Shown here: in pieces, positions 1 to 10,996 of the stretch | How positions within the stretch are numbered: the first letter of the stretch is position 1 | Layout: each line of letters opens with the position of its first letter | Assembly: GCA_051942205.1 (NCBI GenBank) | Contig: JAVECO010000058.1 | Location: 1-64,000, forward strand | Direction: 5' to 3' | From: Coniocarpon cinnabarinum | Taxonomy: Eukaryota | Length of the DNA: 64,000 nucleotides | Notes under the pieces: generated by a model | What the model saw: only the letters and a program-made list of their open reading frames with translations | Databases searched by the model: none | Told to the model about the DNA's origin: nothing | Position numbers and translations under genes: made by a program

Positions 1-3000
1 CCTCAATCCCCCCATCCCCATGCCGACCATCCTGTTCCGCCCTCCGATCAAACAAATCCAAAATATCACTCATGCTCAACTTCCCCACGGCCTTCCCCCC
101 TTCAATCGCCGCCCGCGCCAATTCCCGCTTCTTCTCTTGGAGCGCAATAATCCGTGCTTCCACACTATCCCTCACCGTCAACCGGTAAACGGTCACGTCC
201 TTCGTTTGATTAAGTCGGTGCACCCGATCGATCGCCTGTTCTTCGACGAAGGGGTTCCAGAATGGCTCGAGGATCACGACGCGGTTTGCCGCTGTCAGAT
301 TGAGGCCGAGAGAGCCACAGCGCAGCGAGCAGAGGAGAACGCGCGTCTTGGGATCGGTGCGTAACGAGTGGAGCGAAGCTTCGCGATCGTCATTCCGCAT
401 TTTGCCGTCGTAGCGGACGAATCGTATTCCCGCTTTGCGGAGGGAGGGCTCGATGATGTCGAGCATGGAGGTGAACTCGGAGAAGACGATGAATTTATTG
501 TCATCGCTCTCGGCACGGAGGATGGAGAGCAGCCGGCGGACTTTGGTGGAGGGAATGCTGGCTGTGTTTTCTTCGCTTCCTGAGTCTGAGTCTGAGTCTG
601 AGTCCGTGTCGGCGGATGCGTCAGTAGAGTCGTTGTCGGAGGCGTCTTCATCTGAGGTTTCTGCGTCGTCAGAGACGAGCCACTCGCCGCCGCCTTCGGC
701 GTCTTCATCTTCTTGACCGCCTGCTGTGCCCAACTCAAGCTTTCTTCGTTGGTCGGCGCCAACAATCCATTCGCCTTCAGAATCATCGCTGGGTTCTTCG
801 TCGTCATCGTCATCGTCAATGACACGCCTATTGCGTTTCTTGCGGGCCTCTGCAGCATGGTTTGTGGTTTTCTTGGCTTTCTTGGATCGGCGCTTCTTCT
901 TCTCCTTCTTTTCCTCTCTTTTGCGGCTTTTGGAGCTCATCAGTGACTGGTCATTCAGGTCGTGCTCGCAGTCAGCACATCGTATGGCGCCTGCTCTGGC
1001 TTCATCCTCTGGGATCACGGTCTGACAAATGTCGCATTTCTTGGTCTTCACTGTCAGGCCGCTGAACATGCTCGTGATGTCGTTCATGTCATCGTCCATG
1101 AGATTGCGATCTTTGTCGGACGAAAAGCCACCTTTCTCAGCAATAGCAGCTTCTTGCCTGAGGTTGCCTTTGATCAGGTCACGATGGTTGCACAGCTGTC
1201 GAAGCCGCAACAACAGCACCAATGCTCCAATATAGTCTGACCTCCGAGAACCCATCATCTCCTCAAGGCTCTTCTCAGTGCGCTCTGCGAAACGAGTGTA
1301 GAATTCTCTCTCCGCTTCATTGAAGTCGACCTCGACGGTTTGCACGTTTCGCGCCACAATCTGAAACCCTTTGCCCTCCTCTGGCCCCTTGCCACCGCCT
1401 TTGCCGAAGTTGAGACCGCCTTCTTTCTGCAGAACGTCCTTCGTTCGACGCTTCATGAAAGCCTTGAGAAAGTATTGGAGTCTCTTCATCGCGATGCCGC
1501 CACGCCCGCTCTTCATTGGATTGCTGATTTGCTCTTTCCAGACCCGCAACTCCGTGTAGGGTTTTATTTGCAGAAAGCGAATGAGAGACTGCAGCTCGTC
1601 GAGATTGTTCTGCATCGGCGTGCCGGTCAAGCACCATCTGTAGACTGACCTCAGAGCATACGCCCCCTTGGTCATCTTTGCGTTGCGGTTCTTGATCGAG
1701 TGGGCCTCGTCCAGTATGACTCTATACCAGTGCACCCCGAAGCATCCAACCTTGAGTCCGCCGTCTTCCGGTGAAGACGCTTCGTGCTCGGAAGTCAATG
1801 TCTGGTAAGTGGTGATGACGACGTCGTATTTCTTGAGATCTTCAAACGATTTCGTCCGAGACTGACCGTGATGCACCAGCACTTTCAGCTTGTGTGACGG
1901 GAGTACCTTATCCTTAATTTCCGCCTCCCACTGCTTGATCAAAGCCAGCGGCGCGACCACCAGAGTGCCTTTCCCTGCGGCCTCGGGAAACTTTTTCTTT
2001 GGATTGTCCTTGACCCACTGCTGAGAAGGTCGCGGATTGGACATGATTAGACCCAACGCCTGAATGGTCTTCCCGAGACCCATGTCGTCTGCCAGGATGC
2101 CGCCCTTGGGCAGCACGCCATTCTTCTTGCGCTGTCCAACTTCTTTGTCAAACATCCACGCAACACCGTCAATCTGATGCGGCAGCAGCTTGACCTTGAG
2201 ACCTTCGATACTGCCATCGTCTTCTTCGTCCTCTTCTTCCGCCTCGACTTCATGGGTCTTTTTCGCCTTCGGTTCAGCGACCGTGATATTCTTAAGCTTA
2301 TCTGCAAGACCTTCAGCGCCATGCCTAGCGTCTTTGCTCTCCGGGGCAGTCTTTCGCTTCCTAAGGCGAGTCTTCGGTTTGTCTTCGTCGTCTTCTTCAA
2401 AGGCACCCTCAAGCAACGCCTTGATGTTCTCACTGGCTTGTCCTTGATCCATGTAATTGTACGGATCATAGCTGCCAAACCCATCTTCACTGGCCATGGC
2501 TCTGCTCACGTCAAACTGATCGTCTGGATCCCTCGTCTCATCGCCCGTAAGATCCACTACATTGCGGGGTGGTGGCTGCATGTATTGCGGAGGTCTCCAT
2601 GAACCCGCGGACACCGGAGCACCAGTCTTAGAGGAATACATCGGTCGACCCGCGGCAGGTATAGTTTGATAGGCGGCATTCGACGGCTGAGAGACCGTGA
2701 CAGGAGCAGGACCCGGTTTGGCAGCATTAGCATACTCTGGTCCGTACTGCGACATGAAGCTTGGCAGGCGGAAATTTGTGCTTGGCTTGCCAATGAGCTC
2801 GGCAGCTGAGTCGCCATAGCTGGGGACACGGTTGCCAGAGTTTGAAGGGTTGGCAGAGTGTGCGTTTGTTTGCGACGGCAGTCGATGGTGTTCCGAACGA
2901 GGCTGATTCGGCTTGGGAATGTTGAAAACCGAAGGATGATTGGCTTTGGGCCGATCGAATAGAGGGCGTTGTGCGTAAGGGTCTGGTTCTTCACGAAGCT

Positions 3001-3322
3001 TTTGCGCGACCAACGTCTGATCGTGAGGGACCCTCGACATTGGCTGAACAGGCTTCTTATTTGACCCCATAGATGCGGACGCTGGAGACGAAGGTTGGTT
3101 GAGAAAGTCGGGAGGTTGATCCATCGCGTTGGACGCCTTTCGCGGGCTCGCATGTCGGGGAGGCTCGCGTTCTTTGACCATGATGTGGCTCGGTGGGGGC
3201 ACCGCAGCGTTGCCCGAAATCTGCTGCAGAGGAAAGGTGGGCTCGCGAGCCTGATGCAGGGTATTTAAGGGCGCAAAGGCGCCCAGCCTCTGTTGATGCT
3301 CACGATGCGGTTGTGAAGTCAT
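1..3322 (-). CDS. SNF2-family helicase/ATPase (Rad5/Rad16/Uls1-like), 3' end truncated by window edge
   Basis: Manual translation gives an apparently intronless minus frame (absent from the ORF track because its stop lies outside the window): LLPHQ..GGILADDMGLGKT (motif I), VILDEAH (II), CLTGTPMQN (III), FSEFTSMLD, GSLGLNLTAANRV, WNPFVEEQAIDRVHRLNQ (VI). First in-frame ATG at 3322; alternative ATG at 3181. Confidence 0.93.
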   Translation of the reverse strand, partial: MTSQPHREHQQRLGAFAPLNTLHQAREPTFPLQQISGNAAVPPPSHIMVKEREPPRHASPRKASNAMDQPPDFLNQPSSPASASMGSNKKPVQPMSRVPHDQTLVAQKLREEPDPYAQRPLFDRPKANHPSVFNIPKPNQPRSEHHRLPSQTNAHSANPSNSGNRVPSYGDSAAELIGKPSTNFRLPSFMSQYGPEYANAAKPGPAPVTVSQPSNAAYQTIPAAGRPMYSSKTGAPVSAGSWRPPQYMQPPPRNVVDLTGDETRDPDDQFDVSRAMASEDGFGSYDPYNYMDQGQASENIKALLEGAFEEDDEDKPKTRLRKRKTAPESKDARHGAEGLADKLKNITVAEPKAKKTHEVEAEEEDEEDDGSIEGLKVKLLPHQIDGVAWMFDKEVGQRKKNGVLPKGGILADDMGLGKTIQALGLIMSNPRPSQQWVKDNPKKKFPEAAGKGTLVVAPLALIKQWEAEIKDKVLPSHKLKVLVHHGQSRTKSFEDLKKYDVVITTYQTLTSEHEASSPEDGGLKVGCFGVHWYRVILDEAHSIKNRNAKMTKGAYALRSVYRWCLTGTPMQNNLDELQSLIRFLQIKPYTELRVWKEQISNPMKSGRGGIAMKRLQYFLKAFMKRRTKDVLQKEGGLNFGKGGGKGPEEGKGFQIVARNVQTVEVDFNEAEREFYTRFAERTEKSLEEMMGSRRSDYIGALVLLLRLRQLCNHRDLIKGNLRQEAAIAEKGGFSSDKDRNLMDDDMNDITSMFSGLTVKTKKCDICQTVIPEDEARAGAIRCADCEHDLNDQSLMSSKSRKREEKKEKKKRRSKKAKKTTNHAAEARKKRNRRVIDDDDDDEEPSDDSEGEWIVGADQRRKLELGTAGGQEDEDAEGGGEWLVSDDAETSDEDASDNDSTDASADTDSDSDSDSGSEENTASIPSTKVRRLLSILRAESDDNKFIVFSEFTSMLDIIEPSLRKAGIRFVRYDGKMRNDDREASLHSLRTDPKTRVLLCSLRCGSLGLNLTAANRVVILEPFWNPFVEEQAIDRVHRLNQTKDVTVYRLTVRDSVEARIIALQEKKRELARAAIEGGKAVGKLSMSDILDLFDRRAEQDGRHGDGGIE

Positions 3323-3934
3323 ACAGTGCGTGACAATTCCAACAAGGTGTTTGGCCCAGGCAGACGTGAACTTCCGTAAAATGCGACGTCTGTATTTGTT
3401 CCTGGTCACCACGGGAACGAGGGCCTGAAAATTCTGGCAGGGTGGATGAGGTCCTGTCGAAGGTCACAGAAAACTTCTTGAATCGACAGTAGCGAGGGGG
3501 GTGGGCTTCATGCGCAGAGAAACCTTGCGAGACATTCATGGATGCTGACGTGTCTGCTGTATTTCTATGATGGATTTATAGTACGCGTGCGAGCTCTGAT
3601 ACACATCTTCTGTGGAAGTCGCGGTCGCTATCTCTACTCGATGAACATAACTCTAGTTTCGCCTCCTCGGCGGTATCTCTCTCCTCTTGCGCCTTGTCGC
3701 CGGGACCATGATTGCAGGTTGGCTGAGCGCTAGTCCTGCGCATGAAAGGAAAGGGTATCACAGGGATGCGCTTCCCGTCAACGTTTTCGACGACGTGCGG
3801 ATCTCCGATGGTCTGCTGTCGCGTCTGCCTGATCTTGCCGTAGCAATGCTTGACCACGCGGCTCCGGCGAAAACATCAACTCTCAATGCTGATGATCATG
3901 TTTCTTCTCATTTGTGACCGTAATATGCGTCCCC

Positions 3935-6026
3935 TCATTCTTTCACCCATTGCCGGCACCCTTCTTTGCCCATGACACCTTCAGGGTACTTTTTGCCAGA
4001 AGCGGGACTTTTGCCCCGGTTCTTGCCATTCTTGAGGATGGCCAAAATCGACTTCGATCGACCGCTCCGAGGACTGCTCGCTGATTCAACGGAGCTTCCA
4101 CTACGGGTACCTCCCCTGACCCGAGGCCCTGGGAGCTTGGTGTCCGCTTCGTTCCAGGTCTCACTTCGGTTGGCACCATTACCGCTGACGCTTTTACTGC
4201 GATGCGCTGGAGGTTTTTGGAGGACGGCGGAACGTGGAGACTCGGCGTCCGGTGAGCGAGTGTCAGGTACGCGAGGTTCTGGTAATCGTGTTCGTGTCGG
4301 CATGAGCTGTGGAAGACTGGCTTGTGCACTCAGAGGGGGCGATCCGCCGGGAGAAGGTGCTTCTCCTTGATCGGCGGGAGTACTCGATCGAACTGGATCG
4401 TCTGATACCAGTCGTTGGAGCTGTTGATCTTCGTTCGGGACGGGCATGGGGGAGCGGGAAGTGGTGATGTCTGAGGGACTGTCTTGGGAATCATCTGCGC
4501 TCGAAACCCTGCCAGCTCGTTAGAGGTATTCTCTTGCAGGTGTGGCAATCTCACTCACTTGTCAAAGGTTGCTGCCGTGTAGTCAAAAGGCTCAAAATAC
4601 TTTTCGATCATTTCGTACAGATCAGCATTGCGCTTCTCCTGATCTGTTGCATTTTCTTTTAACTTGGGTCGTGGCTTCTGATGGCGAGCGCGAGCCTCCA
4701 ACGGCGCCTCTTCTAACAGTAACTCCTCCAAGTCGTACGTCGCGTCGAAATTGGTCTTCTCGCTGGACGGGACAAAGACAGGAGGTATTCGCTTCGTCTC
4801 GAGTGCAATGAAATCAATGTCGTAGAAAAAGGGGTGTGATGTGAAGTTCTCAAAACCATTGGCACCGATGCGGTCGACAACACGCTTACACATCAGTCTT
4901 TGAATCGCAGAAACGCATGACGTGTCAACGCGCGGCTCCGTCAATGGATAACGTGGATTGGCCGCTTTGATTTTGTTGCTGAGATCTTCGTGATTTCGCG
5001 CATCAAATGGCCGCTGGAACTCAAAGTCAGCGAAACTTGCAACAAATCAGCAATCCGTCTCGTCATGCTTGCCTTCCCATAGACGCATTCATAGAGGACA
5101 ACGCCCAATGACCACCAATCCACTTCACACTTGTAGTAGCCCGCTTCATACACTTCTGGCGCCAGGTATGCCAGAGTCCCGGACTTGCTTGACAACGGCC
5201 GCTTTGGATTTGTGTAATCCGCAGCGACATTCTGCCACGTTCGTTAGTTGACCGACTCCCAGCTGAAGCAAGACGAACGGGTCAGAAACTTACAAAATCA
5301 GCTAAATGCACATGACCCTCAGAATCAAGCAGAACGTTATCGGGCTTCACATCGCGATGGACAATGCCTTGGCTATGAACATAGCGCAGGGCACAACCCA
5401 GCTGTGCAATCCAGAAACGAATAGCTCTCTCCTCGAAAGTTTTTCTCGAAATGTGGAATCGCAAGTCGCCTCCGTTCATCAGGTCAACGACGAGATATCT
5501 GTACCATGATGCATCAGCCTTTTTCTGCGCCTTTTAGCAACATCTCACTGTGGCGTACAAGTATTCATAGTCCTGAAAGCTGTAACGCAGGTTACACAGG
5601 AATGGATGGTTGAGGTGTTCAAGCATCTTGCGTTCTCGGATGATGTTCCTGACGTTCTCCTGCCGTACGACTACCAACGAAGTCAGCTCTTGCCCACACC
5701 ACCATAGCCATGGCCATTTGTCTCGCCGGGATTTGCGCACCTTCATCTTTGCGGATGTACTTCAGAGCGAAAGTCAGGCCGGTGTCCTTGCGCTCGACGA
5801 TGCGCACTTTCCCAAAGGCGCCTTTGCCCACCACTCTGAGGAGTTTGAAGTGATCGAGTTGGACTAAAAAAGCGAAGAGTCGTAAGCATCATGTCAAAGA
5901 GCCTCGGCCGTCCGCAGAAGGATAGTGCACCCCGCTGCGCCTGTCTCTGCGGCAATCGAAGGAAACTGGGATGAATAACTCACCCTGATCCGTGAACACC
6001 ACCGGCCTTCCTTGACTGTTGCCCAT
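3935..6026 (-). CDS. Ser/Thr protein kinase, AGC group (YANK/STK32-like), multi-exon
   Basis: Spliced frame [82 protein letters not shown]-tail [18 protein letters not shown] in place of DFG is typical of this subfamily; N-terminal MGNS is compatible with myristoylation. Confidence 0.92.
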
Positions 6027-7945
6027 TTTCAAGTGCAAGCAGCCGAGTGGCTAAGGCGCGGTTGGCGTGGACAAGTGTAGTGGTACCGTGAGCGAAGACA
6101 AGCTATAGATCGAAGAGGATATTGGAGCGTGACAAGATGATGTACATGCTGATCAGCGGTCTGATCAGGCAAGGATGTGGACCAGCGCGTGGGTGGGGCT
6201 ACGAGATCATGGGCGGAAACGTGCTGGAGGAAGCCACGGGCTGGAACCGGAAAGGTCGGTGATGTGAGGAGAGTGGGAGGTGTGTGGTGTGGAGTGGAGT
6301 GGAGTGGAGTTGAGAAGCCAATTCGAGCTGCAGGTGCGGCAAGGTACGCACAGCAGAGGAGACAAGAGGAGGGGAGATTTTAGGCCAGGCGGCCGGACGA
6401 TGAGGAGTAGATGTCGAGCAGGAAGTAGGCAGATGTAGCGAGCGGAGCTAAGGGCCAGGTAGGTATGCAAATAGAGGTGACTAAGGGAGGGCAGCGGCGG
6501 GTTTTGGGCGAGGAAGCGGTAAAGGGTTTTGAGTAAGTGGGCAGAGAAAGTCAATCGAGATGGAAAGGGAATAGCGAGGGACGGCAGGATGATGTCTGGG
6601 GCTCTGGGCCACGCGAGGGAGGGAGCGAGGGAGAGAGAGAGGGCGTCAGAGTCAGGGTGTGCCGGTGCGGATGGGGAGCGGAAGAGAGGCGGGAGCGATT
6701 TGATGCGGCGCGGTGGAGTCGAGTGCAGCGCGGTCGTTGGAGGGCGCAGGAGCAGGAGCAGAGAGGAGCAGAGGGTGAAGGAGAGACAAGAGACGAGTGA
6801 TCAGCAGACCCTTGCTTGATGTAGCCTAGACACCAGCAACAACAACAACAACCACCACCGTGCTGAGGAGCTCCATGTCGATGCAGCGGGCGGGACGATC
6901 AGAGAAGAAGATTTCTGGAAAACCAAAAATTGGGATGGGAAGGCATTGACGGGAGAGGCTGACGGTCCAAGCTGATAGGAGACGGGTGCCGACACACGGT
7001 TACTTGAGCGTTGCCACCCGCGATGACAATTTGGAAAAGCCTTATGCCATCAGCTAGCTACTACCTATGTAAGTGTGTACTCGGTAAGCTGGGGCCACCA
7101 AAAGCAGCAGCAGCAGCAACAGTGAGGGCAAGGCAAGCACAGAACACAGGCACGCCCAGCAGCAGTGAGCAGTGAGCAGTGTGAGCTGAAAGCTGAGAGC
7201 ACGGCGTCGGGAGGAGCACTGAGGGGTGTGTGGTGTCACGTGTGTCGGCCTGCATGGGCGAATCACCGGCCACAGCAAGCGGGCACACCGGCTTGACAAT
7301 GGCGCGCATCCACTATCCAATCCACGATGCACCGCGCAGGCGCAGGTCGGGGACGATGAGCGTGGATTGACACGGACACGAGCAACGAGCGTGGCAGCAG
7401 CAGTGGCTATCTATCCATCGATCTACACCGAGCACACCACTCATGTCGTAAGGAAGCACCACAGTTCCCACTCATCGGCGCAGCGCGTGCCTGCCAGTGC
7501 ATGGCACATGGATGTCTCTGAGTACAGACAGGCACGTAGTACCTTACTCCATACGTTGCGTGCGCACGCGAGAGGAGAGACAGGTAGGTAAGCCATCGCT
7601 GTCCCACTTGGATGCGCGACTCTTGCTGGGCCAGCGCATCTGCCCTTTGCCTCAACGCTTGCAGCGGTACGTACCCGTCTCCCTCCTGTACCCGCCCTAC
7701 GATTGCTCAAGGCGTGCATCGATAGCCACACGCTGCCCACGCGTGCAGCAGCCTGCCGGTGGCCGACGGGTTGAAGAATGGCACAAAACGCATGCACGCG
7801 GGTGTTGCAACACAACACGCACCCACAACGCACGAGGGAGCACGCTGGGCCGCCACCAGGAAACCCCGTGCAAATCCGTGACGAGCGTCTTGTTGGCATG
7901 TCTGCATTCTGCCGGAGCGAGGAGGGCCAGGTTCATGTTGGTGTG

Positions 7946-7969
7946 GATGATGATGATGATGATGATGAT
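7946..7969. repeat. (GAT)8 microsatellite
   Basis: Eight perfect GAT units, read directly. Confidence 0.95.
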
Positions 7970-8130
7970 GACTTCAGTGTCCAGTGTCGGGGCACCCGCT
8001 CTAGCGACGCCCACATCGATAGCGCGAGAGGTGAGACGAGGTGCCGCGCGCTCCGAAGCCGGGTTGCTCACTCCATACTCAATCAATGGCGTCGTCCCTT
8101 TACTCATCCACCAACCTGCACACTTACACG

Positions 8131-8160
8131 CACGCCACGCCACGCCACGCCACGCCACGC
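8131..8160. repeat. (CACGC)6 pentanucleotide microsatellite
   Basis: Six perfect CACGC units, read directly. Confidence 0.95.
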
Positions 8161-9466
8161 CTCGTTCCCTGACACGCCTACCACGTGCGTCCCTCGTGGC
8201 ATGCCTCCCACCTCTCCATCCTTCCCGCTGTGCCGCCCTCTCTTAACCCACCTGCCCGCATCCAGCCATTCACACCCCCCCATCCTCCGTCGGCGTGCAT
8301 ATGGTTCACGAACTCTCGCTCGGCGATCCTGACACTGCCATCGATGAGGGCATCGGCTGGGTCTGGCCAGGTCCATTTCTCACCTGTTCATAATGCCTGA
8401 CTCTATTCCCACCTGATGTCATCGCCAGGTCATGGTTGGGCATCTGAAGTAGCGATGAGGAGGTAGGTAGGTAGGTGAGTGCGCCGCGTGCTCCCGGCCG
8501 TTTACTACCACGGTGAGATCTGGGCGTCTCGCATCGTGGTATCTTCCCTGTCCTGTCCTGTCTTCTCCGGCCGAGGGCCGCAATCAGCGCACTGCGCCGG
8601 TTCCCCCGCGTGGCTGCTCCGGGCGCCTGACCCTGACGGCGTCGCTGCTGGCCCGAGTGGGACGACCGTCCGGCCCTTGATTCCGGACTTGCTTCTTCAG
8701 GGCCCCGCAGGCCATCCCGGCCTCGCATCACGGCGCGGTTATGAGCACACGGGCCTTGAATGTTACGTCGCGTATCGCTCATTGACATTACGGACGTGGA
8801 TTTCAGTCAATTGTAGTCCTTTCAGCAGGTTCTTCCCGGTAAATGACATGATATTCGTGTTCGGCACTAGCCAGGCCGTCGCTCCCTGAAACTTGCGAAA
8901 CAGCGCGTGCAACGCGTGCGAGATTGCGGTGTACTTATAACATCGTATTCTTGATGAAGGATGCGGCCGCACATGATGTAACGGCGGCATCCCGGATCGT
9001 GGCGCGTCTTCCTGGCTGGGGATTTTCGCCAATCCCGGTCACGGCGCAAGGGCATGATGATTTGGGGCAACAGTTTCATGTACCATCCATCTTTTCATTC
9101 GACGGTCACCAGTATTCATGTACGCAGCGAGCAACTTGTGAAGTTCACGCAGCATCTAGTGTCGTAGAGCGTAGGCGAATGTAGAGGAGAAGTTCATTCA
9201 AAAAGCAAGCTCGTTTGAGTTCCTTGCTACATGGCGCATACCAGATCGTTGGTACGCCGGTGTCCGGAAAAGGGATCCACTACCAACATAAAGAGACTCA
9301 ATGCCCTTCATGCACCAGGATCGACCCGGCTTTCGCCCCAACAGGGCGATCACCAACGTCACGTTGCAGTTTTCCTTTCATGTTACCGCCATCCTTCCCT
9401 CATGGTCATTTCTCGGCGTAAGCGTGAGACCCTTTTCGTTCGTGGCTGAAGACGGCAACAGAGCAA

Positions 9467-10560
9467 TTATAGCTCGTCCATATTACCGGCGGGCTCTTCA
9501 TCATCATCCCCGGAACGATAACTCCCCACCGAGCTCATCTCATCCTCCGATTCGCTGTCTTCTCCGGCTTCATCCGCAGCGTCCTTGGAAGCGAAGCGCG
9601 AGACGTATTCTGCACCTAGAATTAGTCACATTTCCTTGCAACGCGTTGTAATTTGGCCGCGTGAACACGCCTAATGTGCCAATTTGTGCTGACCTTTGAC
9701 TTTTGCTTCATACCCGTCTTTGTCTCTCATCATCAACGCTGCAGCCTCGCCGTTGAGGGGGTCTGTGGGATTCGGATAGCGCAAGAGCTGCGGCAAAAAG
9801 ACTTCAAAGATGTTGATCATATCATACATCGGTGACCAAGTCTGGTTGATGACGTCCAAGCAGACTGAGCCGGACCTATCCAAACCGTCAACCTCTTGAA
9901 TCGTCTTTTTGTTGATGTGCATGAGGCCCAAGCTCACATTTCATCGATGTTGGGGTGGAAGATGCGGTTGACAAAGCCGATGCTCGGGCTCTTGTAGGGA
10001 TATTGATCGGGCAGCTCGACGTGAATTTTCCAAAGTCCGCCGACGAAAGGTGCTGAGCAAGATTTAGCTTCCAAGATCTAGGTCATGCCGCGAAGGATCG
10101 GTCTGGGACGAACTTTCAGTCGGGCCCTTGAATCGCACAAAGAATTCCTGCCTGGCACTTCGTCAGTCGAGGATGAGAAGAGATGGCGATATGAGTTTAC
10201 GAACACTGCAGGACCTTGTTAGCATTTGCCCTCTGGAAATGCAAAGCACTTGCTGTTGGGCAACTGGCCAGACTTACTGTTGTCGTTGACAAGAGTCACC
10301 TCATAATCGCTCATGAGCCTAAATTCATTGCATTAGAGAGTGCTGCCATCATGCCAGGCAGTGTTACATTTGCCTCTATGCCGGCAACGTACATCCTGTC
10401 ACAGTGTTAGTAAGGGCGTATGATTGAGTAGCTCTTCCGCTCTCACTTCATGACCTGTGCAAAGAGGCAACTAACGTCAGCATTTACTGGAAATCGCAAT
10501 AGTCTGTGATGGCAGACTGGCTCTTACATCTGTCTCGATCCTGCGCTTTGGGCTACTCAT
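9467..10560 (-). CDS. UBC8: Ubiquitin-conjugating enzyme E2 (Ubc8/UBE2H type) with micro-exons
   Basis: Exons 10560-10528, 10454-10447, 10395-10393, 10318-10278, 10205, 10151-10114, 10052-9938, 9875-9694 and a last exon ending at 9467 give [75 protein letters not shown] plus an acidic tail. Confidence 0.96.
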
Positions 10561-10960
10561 CTTCACGCTTGCTCCGGGCCGATTGGCCCCCCGTAGCTAT
10601 GAGCTGGATGACTTATAATGCGATGAAGATGTATGTGAGGAGAATTCGACTGCTGAGTCTGATCTAAAAACGCTGAAATCAATCTGCTCCCCGTGCTTAT
10701 GGCGCAAATGTAGTTCAAGATGGTGACGATTCCGCTCTAAGAGCACCGGTGAAGTGGACAAGGGAATGATTCCGGTGCTGAAGCGATGAAACTGTGTGGC
10801 GTGTCTGCAGTTCAAAGATCAGCAGTCAATTTAGGTGATGTCCGTCAAGTTCCCGCAAGCTGTTGCTGGGAGAGGAAGAAAGTTAAGATAGATGGAGCAA
10901 GCAGGAAAGGAAGAGAGGTCTCTAGGTGCATCCAGCGTACGTTCACCAAGAAGGGCACGG

Positions 10961-10996
10961 GGGGCTTCTAGCGGGGCTTCCAGCGGGGCTTCTGGT
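10961..10996. repeat. Three tandem 12-mers GGGGCTTCYRGY upstream of UBC8
   Basis: GGGGCTTCTAGC GGGGCTTCCAGC GGGGCTTCTGGT read directly. Confidence 0.85.

Noticed and set aside
20..3153. Tracked ORFs overlapping the SNF2 gene, and similar antisense or off-frame ORFs over other genes
   Set aside because: Shadows of the real coding frames in GC-rich sequence.
6027..9460. Telomerase RNA, SRP RNA, RNase P/MRP or TPP riboswitch in the large intergenic gap
   Set aside because: No CCCTAA-type template, no correctly spaced SRP helix-8 motif, no P4 motifs and no CTGAGA..GATAA TPP core found by eye.
10152..10277. Stwintron (nested intron) interpretation of the two abutting UBC8 introns
   Set aside because: Neither intron interrupts the other's donor or acceptor, and the intervening T is needed in the mRNA to keep frame, so it is best read as an exon.
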